The translations under genes were made by a program, and so were the position numbers. DNA of 64,000 nt, taken from Eledone cirrhosa (Eukaryota). The stretch spans positions 442,060,001-442,124,000 of the forward strand of contig OZ024740.1 in assembly GCA_964016885.1 (NCBI GenBank), written 5' to 3'. Under the pieces are notes generated by a model. It did not search any database and was not told where the DNA came from. It saw only the letters and a program-made list of their open reading frames with translations. Positions 38,203 to 51,700 of this stretch are shown piece after piece (within the stretch, counting starts at the first letter, position 1; every line of letters begins with the position of its first letter).

Positions 38203-39136
38203 CTTCTATATATATATTGTATATTTACTATATATATATTGTATATCTACTGTATATATATTATATATCTACTGTATATATATTATATATCTACTGTATA
38301 TATATTATATATCTACTGTATATATATTATATATCTACTGTATATATATTATATATCTACTGTATATATATTATATATCTACTATATATATATTATATAT
38401 CTACTATATATATTGTATATCTACTATATATATTGTATATCTACTATATATATATTGTATATCTACTATATATATATTGTATATCTACTGTATATATATT
38501 ATATATCTACTGTATATATATTGTATATCTACTATATATATATTGTATATCTACTGTATATATATTATATATCTACTGTATATATATTGTATATCTACTG
38601 TATATATATTGTATATCTACTATATATATATTATATATCTACTGTATATATATTGTATATCTACTGTATATATATTGTATATCTACTATATATATATTGT
38701 ATATCTACTGTACATATATTGTATATCTACTATATATATATTATATATCTACTATATATATTGTATGTCTACTGTACATATATTATATATCTACTATATA
38801 TATATATTATATATCTACTATACATATATTATATATCTACTGTATATATTATATATCTACTATACATATATTGTATATCTACTGTATATATTATATATCT
38901 ACTGTACATATATTGTATGTCTACTGTATATACAATGTTTAATACAATTAAAAATATGTGCTACCATTGGTTTCGTTATTCAGTTATGGTCACCACTATA
39001 TACTGAAGGAGACATTTTTAACTGGACCCCAAAACCAATAATAGCATATACATGTAGGGAACTTTGTTGATACTAAATAAGCTCTCTTCCAACAGATTGA
39101 GCACTGTTTTCCTTGATCTTTCATCTACGGATTTCA

Positions 39137-39169
<33 letters not shown>

Positions 39170-39179
39170 CACACAATAC

Positions 39180-39530
39180 ACCCCGTCCCACCACCACCAC
39201 CCCCACCCGATCCACACCACCCCGTTCTATGTAAAGTTATGTTGGTGCCGCGCCATCGAGGCCGAAACAAATGAGATCGTGTAGGTGTCACGACAAAAAA
39301 ACACACAGTCCACGCTGTAATGTGGCCGTGTAGGCAACACGGTAAAAACCTCCCAGACCCACACTGTAAATGTGGTTGGTGTTAGGAAGGGCATCCAACT
39401 GTAGAAAACCTGCCAGACAGTCCTATGCGAGCAAGACAATCACTCTTGCCTCAAGTGGGACTACCCCCGTCCAAACCCATGCAAGCGTGGAACACGGACG
39501 TTAAACGTTGATGATGATGATGATGATGAT
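39180..39530 (+). mobile_element. Second, 3'-UTR-only copy of the same RTE family (or a derived SINE)
   Basis: Aligns by eye with 37855-38202 (GGTTGGTGTTAGGAAGGGCATCCA, CGTCCAAACCCATGCAAGC, (GAT)n). Confidence 0.85.
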
Positions 39531-39532
39531 AC

Positions 39533-39703
<171 letters not shown>

Positions 39704-39705
39704 AA

Positions 39706-40212
39706 GTTATTAATAAATGGAAACTATATTTATAAAATCATCTTTATTCTATTATATATATTTCAAGGGTACCAAAACTTTGGTACTCTCTCATCAGATA
39801 AAATACAATGTTTGTTTTATAAATATTGACATAACCAGGAAGGAGATCTTAACAGTTCAAGTTTTTCCTGGATAGTAAAAGGAAAGAGGGGAAAGAGGAA
39901 AAATTAAATATTTCAAATTATTAAGATGAATAATCAAATGAGGTTGAGGTACAGGGCTAGGGCTGAAAAAAAACATTATTTTTAGACGCTAGGTAGATTT
40001 AAATAATTATTAGGATATATATATATATATGTATGTATGTGTAGGTAGAAGAAAGAGAAAGAAAGAAAAACTTGTATTTACATGAATTTAAAAAGAATTA
40101 ACATTTATTAATATCATTGATATTATACTCCAGAAAACTTATTGAGTGCTTCGAATCAGTTATAAATATATATATTTGTTGAATTACAAACAAATTAAAT
40201 AGCCTATTTGCT

Positions 40213-40215
<3 letters not shown>
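39706..40215. mobile_element. Family A-related internally inverted pLTR element
   Basis: Left part is on the minus strand with a hammerhead; 40125-40215 is the family terminus on the + strand; (TA)n flanks. Confidence 0.7.
39745..39805 (-). ncRNA. Type I hammerhead ribozyme (family A variant)
   Basis: Minus strand reads TATTTTAT-CTGATGA-GAGAGTACCAA-agt-TTGGTACCCTT-GAAA-TATATA-TA-ATAGAATA. Confidence 0.85.
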
Positions 40216-40255
<40 letters not shown>

Positions 40256-40582
40256 TGCAAAATATTCCATCAATATCGCCCAAGTGATGTTGGCACCACC
40301 ATTAAAATGTATACAAGGCTTGGTCCCCGCGCTATCTGACACTGCAAAAATCGAACTCTCATCTCATAGCAATGATATGATACCACAGGTTAGTCCCTAA
40401 ACTATGGTTATCGTTATTTTGTTTATTTTAATTCCTCCGCAAGCAGTATCATGTGAACATAAAACAAGACTCCAGTGTCCAACAGAGTTGTGTCAGATCA
40501 TAGATTATGATCGGGGATCAGACGAAATTGATCTTTCATAAACAATAGTATTAACATGAAGATTGTAAATAGATTAAGTTTA

Positions 40583-41632
40583 AATTATATCAACCAATTA
40601 TATCAATCAATTATATCAACCAATTATATCAACCGATTATATCAACCAATTATATCAACCAATTATATCAACCAATTATATCAATCAATTATATCAACCA
40701 ATTATATCAACCAATTATATCAACCAATTATATCAACCAATTATATCAACCAATTATATCAACCAATTATATCAACCAATTATATCAACCAATTATATCA
40801 ACCAATTATATCAACCAATTATATCAGCCAATTATATCAACCAATTATATTAATCAATTATATCAACCAATTATATCAACCAATTATATCAACCAATTAT
40901 ATCAACCAATTATATCAACCAATTATATCAACCAATTATATCAACCAATTATATCAACCAATTATATCAACCAATTATATCAACCAATTATATCAACCAA
41001 TTATATCAGCCAATTATATCAACCAATTATATCAATCAATTATAATCAATCAATTATAACCAATTATATCAACCAATTATATCAACCAATTATATCAACC
41101 AATTATATCAATCAATTATAATCAATTAATTATAACCAATTATATCAACCAATTATATCAACCAATTATATCAACCAATTATATCAACCAATTATATCAA
41201 CCAATTATATCAACCAATTATATCAACCAATTATATCAACCAATTATATCAACCAATTATATCAACCAATTATATCAATCAATTATATCAATCAATTATA
41301 ACCAATTATATCAACCAATTATATCAATCAATTATATCAACCAATTATATCAATCAATTATATCAATCAATTATAACCAATTATATCAACCAATTATATC
41401 AATCAATTATATCAACCAATTATATCAATCAATTATATCAATCAATTATAATCAATTATATCAACCAATTATATCAACCAATTATATCAACCAATTATAT
41501 CAATCAATTATAATCAATTATATCAACTAATTATATCAATCAATTATATCAACCAATTATATCAACCAATTATATCAACCAATTATATCAATCAATTATA
41601 ATCAATTATATCAACCAATTATACCAACCAAT
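40583..41632. repeat. 13-bp satellite AATTATATCAACC
   Basis: Direct periodicity, about 80 copies. Confidence 0.97.
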
Positions 41633-42092
41633 TGTGTGTCTGTGTGTGTGTATATGTGAATATATGTGTATGAGTGTTTCTATATGAGTGTGTGTACATG
41701 TATGAGTGTGTGCATACACATATATATATATATGTTGGTATAGGTGTGTATGTGTAGATATAAATATGTATAAATATATGTGTATATGATTATGTGCACA
41801 TGTGTGAATGTGTATTTATGTTTGCATCTATTTGTGCATATGTATATTTTTAGCTGGGTATCAATGTGACTATACCTCTCTATACATAGTGTGGATATAT
41901 GCACTTTGTGATCTATGAAATTTATGCCTTTTGACTATGTCAATATGTATTTATCTGAGTTTGATTATTTATACATAAACATACTTGATAGTATTTTAGA
42001 GCATATCATACGCTGTATTATACTAAGTGCAATTTACCACACCGTACTATATTGTGTTAGTTATATTATATTATTGGATTACTGTATTTCAT

Positions 42093-42270
42093 TTGGCAGT
42101 ATTGGTAGAGGGTCAGACATGCTTTCCAGCGTAGTTACGTCCCTTTACGATCTGAGTTCAAATCCCGCCGAGGTTAACTTTGCCTTTCATCCTTACGGGG
42201 TCGATAAAATAAATTACCAGTAAACACTGGGTAATTGCTGGCCTTTTGCCAAAAGTAGAAACAATTATCT
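42093..42270 (+). mobile_element. tRNA-SINE (same family as 12800-12988)
   Basis: Head, B-box and core motifs present. Other copies at 46706-46890 (-), 56030-56200 (+), 56325-56540 (-) and 56550-56770 (-). Confidence 0.88.
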
Positions 42271-42599
42271 TATAATAATTTTCATCTTTTAATATACTAC
42301 CTTTCCTAGCCATGACCTTAATTTATATTCACTTAAAAACTCCATACAACACTAATCATCATTTATATTTACATTCCTTTTAAACTTCACTATACCAGAT
42401 ACATTCAACTATCAATTTGACAATCCCTGTCCTCCTAATAGATTTTTTTTATGGCAATTCTATTATTAACACCATTCAACCATTCCTTTCAAAGGGTCAT
42501 GACCTCAACTAAAGTGAATTACTTTTCATCTTAACATCATACGAAAATAACAATTTGATTGGTTAGTTCTTCAACTACCTCCAAATAAGGACAAAATAC

Positions 42600-43083
<484 letters not shown>

Positions 43084-43642
43084 TGAAGGAGATTGTTAGA
43101 TAGATATGTATGTCTCTTATCCCGGTTTCGTGGCGTGAAGCGACTGAGAGAGCAAGATGCTCCCAGGACGCCAATCCATCGCAGGGTTAAACCCCCATCT
43201 ACTGCTGGTATTCATTTTCAGCTTAGTATACTGGTAAAATGATATCACAATGCATGACTGGTACTTTATTTTATCAATCCCTGAAAGATGAAAGACAGAC
43301 CTCGATGGGACTTCAACTCAAAATAGGGTTGTAAATTCGGCAAAACATTTTGTCAGATCAACAGGCAGATAATGACTTCCATATAGGTGACAATTTATTT
43401 TCTCACCTTCTCAGTGTAAATTATATTTAGATAATTGTCACACGGAACCGGGTCCTAAGTTTGACAGTTGTCCCGTCAATTCTGATACAGTTTTGTCTTC
43501 CATTTACAAACTATTGACTTAAGCTACTTAACTATAGAAACAGCTAGTAACTATAGAAACAGCCAGTAACTATAGAAACGGTGGTGGTGGTGGATGGTGA
43601 TGGTGATGGTGCTGCTGTTGCTGCTAGCGCCAGTGCTGGTGC

Positions 43643-43707
<65 letters not shown>

Positions 43708-43845
43708 AATTGAAATAAAGTTTCTTTAAACAGTTTCACTTTTAGTAGGTATTGTGGAGATATCACATGTTAATGCCCAGTCTGCAACTGGCGGATTTTA
43801 GCTTCACAAGAAAGGGGTATTGATATAAGTAAACCTTAAGATTAA

Positions 43846-44058
43846 CCCATTAACATTTACATTACTCTATATATATTATTGTATTTTCACGGAAAACACT
43901 TTCTCTCACATAATTATCTCACATAATATCGAATGTACGAGATTTTGATATTAGAGAACATTACCTTAACATAAGTATGAGAAGCCAGTTATAGCCGGTT
44001 TGAACAGAAAGAGGTGAGAGAATTCTGGCCGGATACGGCCAGTTTAAATGCTAAAGGG
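43846..44058. mobile_element. piggyBac-type MITE
   Basis: TTAA on both sides; termini CCCATTAACATTTA ... TAAATGCTAAAGGG. Confidence 0.7.
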
Positions 44059-44559
44059 TTAAAGGTGTTTTCTTTTTGTTTGTTTTGTTTTCAAGGTTCT
44101 AAAATGTTGGTTCACATGAACCTTTACATGGTGTCTTAAATGAACCTGTTCCTGATGTACAGAAACTTTATACACAGTTTTAATATTATAAATCACGCTT
44201 TCAAGTCCTTTATTAACTGAATAATCCTGAATAATTATTTCCTTCTTATCAAGTAATTTTCAGCTGTCGGTCTTAAGCTGATCTCATGTCTTAGGGTTTT
44301 ATGACGTTAAACAATCGAGAGAAAACTCTATCTGGATAGATCTATTGTCTATTGCAAGGGTGAGCTCAAGTAGTAAAGTATAATACAACACAAATGACTC
44401 ATCCTACACTGTTTGTCTCTATATGGTAACTATGTATTAGGTAATTCCGAAGGAAAAGCAAAGGAAAAAGAGTGCTCTATATATAGAACAGAGCTATTTA
44501 ATTAGAAAGTGAAGAACACAAAATATAAAATCTCATTTCATATCTTTTATCTATAACAT

Positions 44560-44627
44560 CTCTGTCTGACGACCGATCCAGACGTATATTATTATCGTCT
44601 GTGATCCAGAAACCTTTGGTAATGGAG
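44560..44627 (+). ncRNA. Type I hammerhead ribozyme (separate family)
   Basis: Stem I CTCTGT/ATGGAG; CTGACGA 44566-44572; stem II GATC-CAGACG...CGTCTG-t-GATC (basal pairs mismatched); GAAA 44609-44612; CC-ttt-GG; GUA triplet. Confidence 0.75.
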
Positions 44628-44699
44628 TGTTATATTTTGTGTTGTTCCCTTTCTAATCTATACGGTAACTATATAAATGTGTATCTTTCTCAGTAACAC

Positions 44700-44977
44700 A
44701 ACTTGGTGTCAATGGGGGAATTCGAAATGGCAACCTTCCGGGAAATATTCACACGTTCCAGGACAGCCAATTATCTCCATCGATAGAAAATGAAAGATAG
44801 TCCAGCATGTGACTGTGGGGACTCTGCCCTAACAATGCTGCATGTTGTTCGGCATTTCCCCCTCACTCACACGTTTACCAGGAGGTCTGGAAGCAATCCA
44901 TAATACAACAAATGACACCTTAGTATGACTCACCAATCTCGGTCTCGGTTGTGTGTGTCATACGACGAGAAGAAGAA
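44700..44977 (+). mobile_element. 3' fragment of an old non-LTR retrotransposon
   Basis: Translates MKDSPACDCGDSALTMLHVVRHFP (degenerate CCHC); ends CATACGACG(AGA)n. Confidence 0.55.
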
Positions 44978-45297
44978 TCATCTAAGAATGGGTCTTAGTT
45001 ATCTGCCCTTACTTTCAATACAATAACGACTCCATATGGGTAGAACCGATTCCCTTATAAGGGCTGGAATATGGAGAATATATCACAAATGAGAATTATA
45101 AAGCACTGAGGGGGGAATATAAACCACTGGTGGAAAACAAGAAAGGTAAACGAAAATAAAAGAAGATAAAATCCACTTATAATTTTCAAGGCGTTTTTTA
45201 TTTGCTGTCTCTTAAACTAGATACTGTGAACGTAGGAGGCTGTCAAACGATATATATCGATGGATAGAGAGAGCGAGAGGGAGAGAGAGAGAGAGAG

Positions 45298-45398
<101 letters not shown>

Positions 45399-45602
45399 GT
45401 GTGTGGCAGGAGAGTGAATATACAGCTGAGAGTGAGAGGGAGTGAATTGCAGTAAGTTTTGCAACTAGTGAAAGTGTGAGGTAATAAAAAGACCAGCAAG
45501 TGTTATACATGGCAATATTTCTAAAACTCTTTCAAAGGTAAGGAAATAATTTAATACTCTTTAACGTTATACAGGTTGGGCTGTAGATGGTGCTGTGATA
45601 TC

Positions 45603-46015
45603 CAGGGTGGGCCGTAAGTCGCTCATCAAAGCATTAAAAACAATTTAGCATACATGTACATTGTATTGAACTGGCGGCGAATTGGCTGAGTCGGTAGAAG
45701 GTCGGATAGAATGCTTTAGAGTGACCCTACCACTCAGGAGTTACGGGTCCATACCACATTGTATTGTATTAATAACAAAAATTATATTGAAATAACAAAG
45801 ATTTCATCATCCTATCATCTGTGATTTACTGAGTTCAATGGTTGACATTTTACATGATAGCTCACACTTGATCATTCCTCTATTTGGTCTAGAGAGATAG
45901 AGGTAATCCACAACGCATAAAGATGATTGTAATTAAATGTAAGTGATAATTCAGTTCTTTATTAATACAGTTATGTTAAGACAATGCTTTGGTGCGAGAC
46001 TTAAGGCCCACCCTG
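45603..46015. mobile_element. Tc1/mariner-type MITE with 33-bp TIRs and a nested SINE fragment (about 45670-45755)
   Basis: CAGGGTGGGCCGTAAGTCGCTCATCAAAGCATT versus its near reverse complement at 45983-46015; the nested insert is flanked by a repeated ACATTGTATTG. Confidence 0.8.
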
Positions 46016-46159
46016 TATATCATAGATAGAAAAAATGAACGTAAGATTATGACAGTGTAGATTTGGATAAATAGTTTATATATATATGTGTGTGTGTGTG
46101 TATGTGTGTGTGTGTGTATGCGTGTGTATGTGTGTGTATGCGTGTGTGTGTACACATGT

Positions 46160-46700
46160 ATGTCAACAGAACAGACAGCTTGTGAAATTAACGTGCAAGT
46201 GGCTGAGTATTCCACAGATACACATATCCTAAACATAATTCCCACATAACAGGGCTGACCCTCTCAATTACAGGTACAACTCATTTTTCCAGTTGCGTGG
46301 ACTGAAGCAACGGGAAATAAAGTGCCTTGCTTAAGGACACGACACGCGCTAGGTGTCCAACTTACGACAGTAAGCCGAACACCCTAACAACTAAGCCACG
46401 CTACTTAGGACGATATCGCAGCATCGGTACTCCATCGGTCACGGCGACGAATGTTCCAATTGAACGATCAACGGAACAGCCTGCTCGAGAAATTAACGTG
46501 CAAGTGGCTGAGCATTCCACAAACACGCGTACCTTTAACGTAATTCTCAGGGAGATTCAGCGTGACACAGAATGTGACAAGGCTGACTCTTTCGAATTAC
46601 AGGTACAGATCATTTTTTGCCAGCTGAGTGGACTGGAGCAATGTTAAATAAAGTGTCTTGCTGAAGGACACAGGGTGCCACGGGGAATGGAACTTACACC
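46160..46700 (-). mobile_element. Two tandem copies of a second SINE family; another copy in the opposite orientation at about 47640-47800
   Basis: Repeated GAAATTAACGTGCAAGTGGCTGAG..TTACAGGTACA..AAATAAAGTG.CTTGCT.AAGGACAC. Confidence 0.7.
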
Positions 46701-47280
46701 TTACCATAATTGTTTCTACTTTTGGCACAAGGCCAGCATTTACCAGTGCATTACTGGTACTTTATTTTATCGACCCCCGTAAGGATGAAAGGCAAAGTTA
46801 ACCTCGGCGGGATTTGAACTCAGACCATAAAGGGCCGTAACTCTTTGCTGCAAAACATGGCGTCCGACCCTCTACCGACACTGCCAATAACCACAAAGCC
46901 AGGCTACTTTATTATGGAAGATGTACAAACAGAACACAGCAAACATGTATAAACTGGCATCGGTGATTATGAGAGTGGTTCCCATAATATAAAGTAAATA
47001 CTTCAAACAGAACTAAGACAAGTACAATGTCCATATTGTTGCGATTCCTTTTAGCTGTGGCATGATTCGCTAAAATTAGTTCCGTTAATTAACTACAACG
47101 TTAGCTGGGAAAATCCAACACTCTGTCGTAATTAATTTAAACAATCAAAACCCTAATTCAGATAATAGAAAAGTGGTCGGTAACAATCACATTGTTATCC
47201 GTTAAGGTACCTGGGTTAAGGGTTAAGGTGTTAGACACATGATCATACAGTTATCAGTTCGATTCTCAGCGATGCGCTGT

Positions 47281-47600
47281 CTTCTTCTTCTTCTTCTTCT
47301 TCTTCTTCTTCTTCTTCTTCTTCTTCTTCTTCTTCTTCTCCCCGACAGGGTTGAGGGGGAAGAGTCCCCAAACACTCCTTCCAGCATATCTTGTCTGAAG
47401 CAACTCTCTCCAACTGATCCGGCTGGATCTCCAAGCAAGACCAGCCAAGCTCATGGATGTTATCCCACCATCTTACACGGGGTCTATCCTGTGTCCCCTG
47501 CCGGTTGGTTTTACCCCTAAAATCTGTCCAGCAATTCTTTCCTCAGACATTCTATCCACATGCCCCCGTGTCTTCTCAAGCAACATATTCTATTCTATGT
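47281..47600 (-). mobile_element. RTE-like 3' fragment with an (AAG)n tail
   Basis: Minus strand encodes HVDRMSEERIA..RPRVRW; (CTT)n on the + strand at 47281-47338. Confidence 0.6.
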
Positions 47601-47804
47601 TTAAAACACTTTCTTTAACCCTATATATTCAAAGAACCAGCTTTCTATCTCACTGTATTACGCTGAATCTCCCTGGGAGCTACGTTAAGGTTGCACGTGT
47701 CTGTAGAGTGTTCTGCCACTTACACGTCAAATTCATAAGATGACTGTTCCGATGTTCGAACAAATAGAACATTCGTCGTCGTAACCGATGGAGGTCCAAA
47801 CCTG

Positions 47805-47910
47805 CACATACACACACACACTCTCTCTCTCTCTCACAGGCACACATTCACACACACACGCCCACTCACACACATTCTCCCACTCTCTTTCTCTCACACA
47901 CACACACACA

Positions 47911-47941
<31 letters not shown>

Positions 47942-48710
47942 TCTCTCTCTCTTTCTTTCTCTCTCTCACACACACAGGCACACATTCACACACACACGCC
48001 CACTCACACACATTCTCCCACTCTCTTTCTCTCTCACACACACACACACACTCTCTCTCACACACACACACACACTCTCTCTCTCACACACACACACTCT
48101 CTCTCTCTCACACACACACACACTCTCTCTCCCTCTCTCTCTCACACACTCCCACACTCCCACACATACTCACACACACTCTCTGTCTCTCTCCCACACA
48201 CTCCCACACACACACACTCCCATGCACACACTCCCACACTCCCACACACACACTCCAACACACCCACACTCCCAAATACACAATCCCACACTCCAACACA
48301 CACACACTCCTACACACACTCTCGCACACTCCCACACACACACTCCCCCCCACACACTCCCACACACCCACTCTCACACTCCCACACACACACTCCCACA
48401 CACCCACTCTCACACTCCCACACACACACTCCCACTCCCACACTCCCCCCCCCCCCACACACACTCCCACACTCTCACACTACCACACACACACTCCCAC
48501 ACTCACACACTTCCACATTCCCACACACACACACACTCCCACACTCCCACACTCCCACACCCTCACACTACCACACACACACTCCCACACTCACACACTC
48601 CCACATTCACACACTCCCACACTCCCACACTCACACACTCCCACACTCACACACTCCCACACTTCCACACTCCCACACACTCCCACACACTCACACACTC
48701 CGACACACAA
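47805..48710. repeat. Degenerate (CA)n/(CT)n/CACTCCCA low-complexity tract
   Basis: Seen directly. Confidence 0.9.
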
Positions 48711-48794
48711 ATTCTTATCCATAAAAGATTCGGATTTGCTATAACAAAACTTTCTGACATTAAAAGTATTCGATGACGGCAGAGTTAGGGTGTA

Positions 48795-51700
48795 TTGGGG
48801 GAGGTGTGGGGTGGGGGTGTACTGTCACTGCCACATGGCCGGGGGAGGGGTGGGGTGGGGGTGTACGGTCACTGCCACATGGCTGGGGGAGGTGTGGGGT
48901 GGGGGTGTACTGTCACTGCCACATGGCTGGGGGAGGGGTGGGGTGGGGGTGTACTGTCACTGCCACATGGCTGGGGGAGGTGTGGGGTGGGGGTGTACTG
49001 TCACTGCCACATGGCTGGGGGATGTGTGGGTTGGGGGGTGTACTGTCACTGCCATATGGCTGGGGGAGGTGTGGCGTGGGGGTGTACTGTCACTGTCACA
49101 TGGCTGGGGGATGTGTGGGTTGGAGGTTTACTGTCACTGCCACATGGCTGGGGGATGTGTGAGGGTGGATTACTGTCACTGCCACATGGATGGGGGAGGT
49201 GTGAGGGTGGTGTACTGTCACTGCCACATGGCTGGGGGAGGTGTGAGGGTGGTGTACTGTCACTGCCATATGGCTGGGGGAGGTGTGAGGGTGGTGTACT
49301 GTCACTGCCACATGGCTGGGGGAGGTGTGAGGGTGGTGTACTGTCACTGCCACATGGCTGGGGGAGGTGTGAGGGTGGTGTACTGTCACTGCCACATGGA
49401 TGGGGGAGGTGTGGGTTGGGGGTGTACTGACATTGCCACATGGCTGGGGGAGGTGTGGGTTGGGGGTGTACTGTCACTGCCATATGGCTGGGGGAGGTGT
49501 GGGTTGGGGGTGTACTGTCACTGCCACATGGCTGGGGGAGGTGTGGGTTGGGGGTGTACTGTCACTGCCACATGGATGGGGGAGGTGTGAGGGTGGTGTA
49601 CTGTCACTGCCATATGGCTGGGGGAGGTGTGAGGGTGGTGTACTGTCACTGCCACATGGATGGGGGAGGTGTGAGGGTGGTGTACTGTCGCTGCCACATG
49701 GCTGGGGGAGGTGTGAGGGTGGTGTACTGTCACTGCCACATGGATGGGGGAGGTGTGAGGGTGGTGTACTGTCACTGCCATATGGCTGGGGGAGGTGTGA
49801 GGGTGGTGTACTGTCACTGCCACATGGCTGGGGGAGGTGTGGGTTGGGGGTGTACTGTCACTGCCACATGGATGGGGGAGATGTGAGGGTGGTGTACTGT
49901 CACTGCCATATGGCTGGGGGAGGTGTGAGGGTGGTGTACTGTCACTGCCACATGGCTGGGGGAGGTGTGGGTTGGGGGTGTACTGACTGTCATATGGCTG
50001 GGGGAGGTGTGGGGGGGGGTGTACTGTCACTGCCACATGGATGGGGGAGGTGTGGGTTGGAGGTGTACTGTCACTGCCACATGGATGGGGGAGGTGTGAG
50101 GGTGGTGTACTGTCACTGCCACATGGCTGGGGGAGGTGTGGGTTGGGGGTGTACTGTCACTGCCATATGGCTGGGGGAGGTGTGAGGGTGGTGTACTGTC
50201 ACTGCCACATGGCTGGGGGAGGTGTGAGGGTGGTGTACTGTCACTGCCACATGGCTGGGGGAGGTGTGGGTTGGGGGTGTACTGTCACTGCCATATGGCT
50301 GGGGGAGGTGTGTGGGTGGTGTACTGTCACTGCCACATGGATGGGGGAGGTGTGGGTTGGGGGTGTACTGACTGTCATATGGCTGGGGGAGGTGTGGGGG
50401 GGGGTGTACTGTCACTGCCACATGGATGGGGGAGGTGTGGGTTGGAGGTGTACTGTCACTGCCACATGGCTGGGGGAGGTGTGAGGGTGGTGTACTGTCA
50501 CTGCCACATGGCTGGGGGAGGTGTGGGTTGGGGGTGTACTGTCACTGCCATATGGCTGGGGGAGGTGTGAGGGTGGTGTACTGTCACTGCCACATGGCTG
50601 GGGGAGGTGTGAGGGTGGTGTACTGTCACTGCCACATGGATGGGGGAGGTGTGGGTTGGGGGTGTACTGTCACTGCCATATGGCTGGGGGAGGTGTGAGG
50701 GTGGTGTACTGTCACTGCCACATGGCTGGGGGAGGTGTGGGTTGGGGGTGTACTGTCACTGCCATATGGCTGGGGGAGGTGTGTGGGTGGTGTACTGTCA
50801 CTGCCACATGGATGGGGGAGGTGTGGGTTGGGGGTGTACTGTCACTGCCATATGGCTGGGGGAGGTGTGAGGGTGGTGTACTGTCACTGCCACATGGCTG
50901 GGGGAGGTGTGGGTTGGGGGTGTACTGTCACTGCCATATGGCTGGGGGAGGTGTGAGGGTGGTGTACTGTCACTGCCACATGGATGGGGGAGGTGTGGGT
51001 TGGGGGTGTACTGTCACTGCCATATGGCTGGGGGAGGTGTGTGGGTGGTGTACTGTCACTGCCACATGGCTGGGGGAGGTGTGGGTTGGGGGTGTACTGT
51101 CACTGCCATATGGCTGGGGGAGGTGTGTGGGTGGTGTACTGTCACTGCCACATGGATGGGGGAGGTGTGGGTTGGGGGTGTACTGTCACTGCCATATGGC
51201 TGGGGGAGGTGTGAGGGTGGTGTACTGTCACTGCCACATGGCTGGGGGAGGTGTGGGTTGGGGGTGTACTGTCACTGCCATATGGCTGGGGGAGGTGTGT
51301 GGGTGGTGTACTGTCACTGCCACATGGATGGGGGAGGTGTGGGTTGGGGGTGTACTGTCACTGCCATATGGCTGGGGGAGGTGTGAGGGTGGTGTACTGT
51401 CACTGCCACATGGCTGGGGGAGGTGTGGGTTGGGGGTGTACTGTCACTGCCATATGGCTGGGGGAGGTGTGAGGGTGGTGTACTGTCACTGCCACATGGA
51501 TGGGGGAGGTGTGGGTTGGGGGTGTACTGTCACTGCCATATGGCTGGGGGAGGTGTGTGGGTGGTGTACTGTCACTGCCACATGGCTGGGGGAGGTGTGG
51601 GTTGGGGGTGTACTGTCACTGCCATATGGCTGGGGGAGGTGTGAGGGTGGTGTACTGTCACTGCCACATGGCTGGGGGAGGTGTGGGTTGGGGGTGTACT

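Larger units (their letters stand above)
29695..38935. repeat. 22-bp AT-rich satellite (ATATCTACTGTATATATATTGT) in three blocks, 29695-31550, 34590-36545 and 38205-38935, separated by two LINEs
   Basis: Direct periodicity; the long YIYC/ISTV ORFs are its translation. Confidence 0.95.

Noticed and set aside
29634-39070. Long YIYC/ISTV ORFs, some fused to LINE RT (914 aa, 491 aa)
   Set aside because: Satellite read-through into truncated LINEs, not real fusion proteins.
47722-47802. Apparent minus-strand exon with a GTAAGT donor
   Set aside because: The sequence is a copy of the SINE family at 46427-46570.
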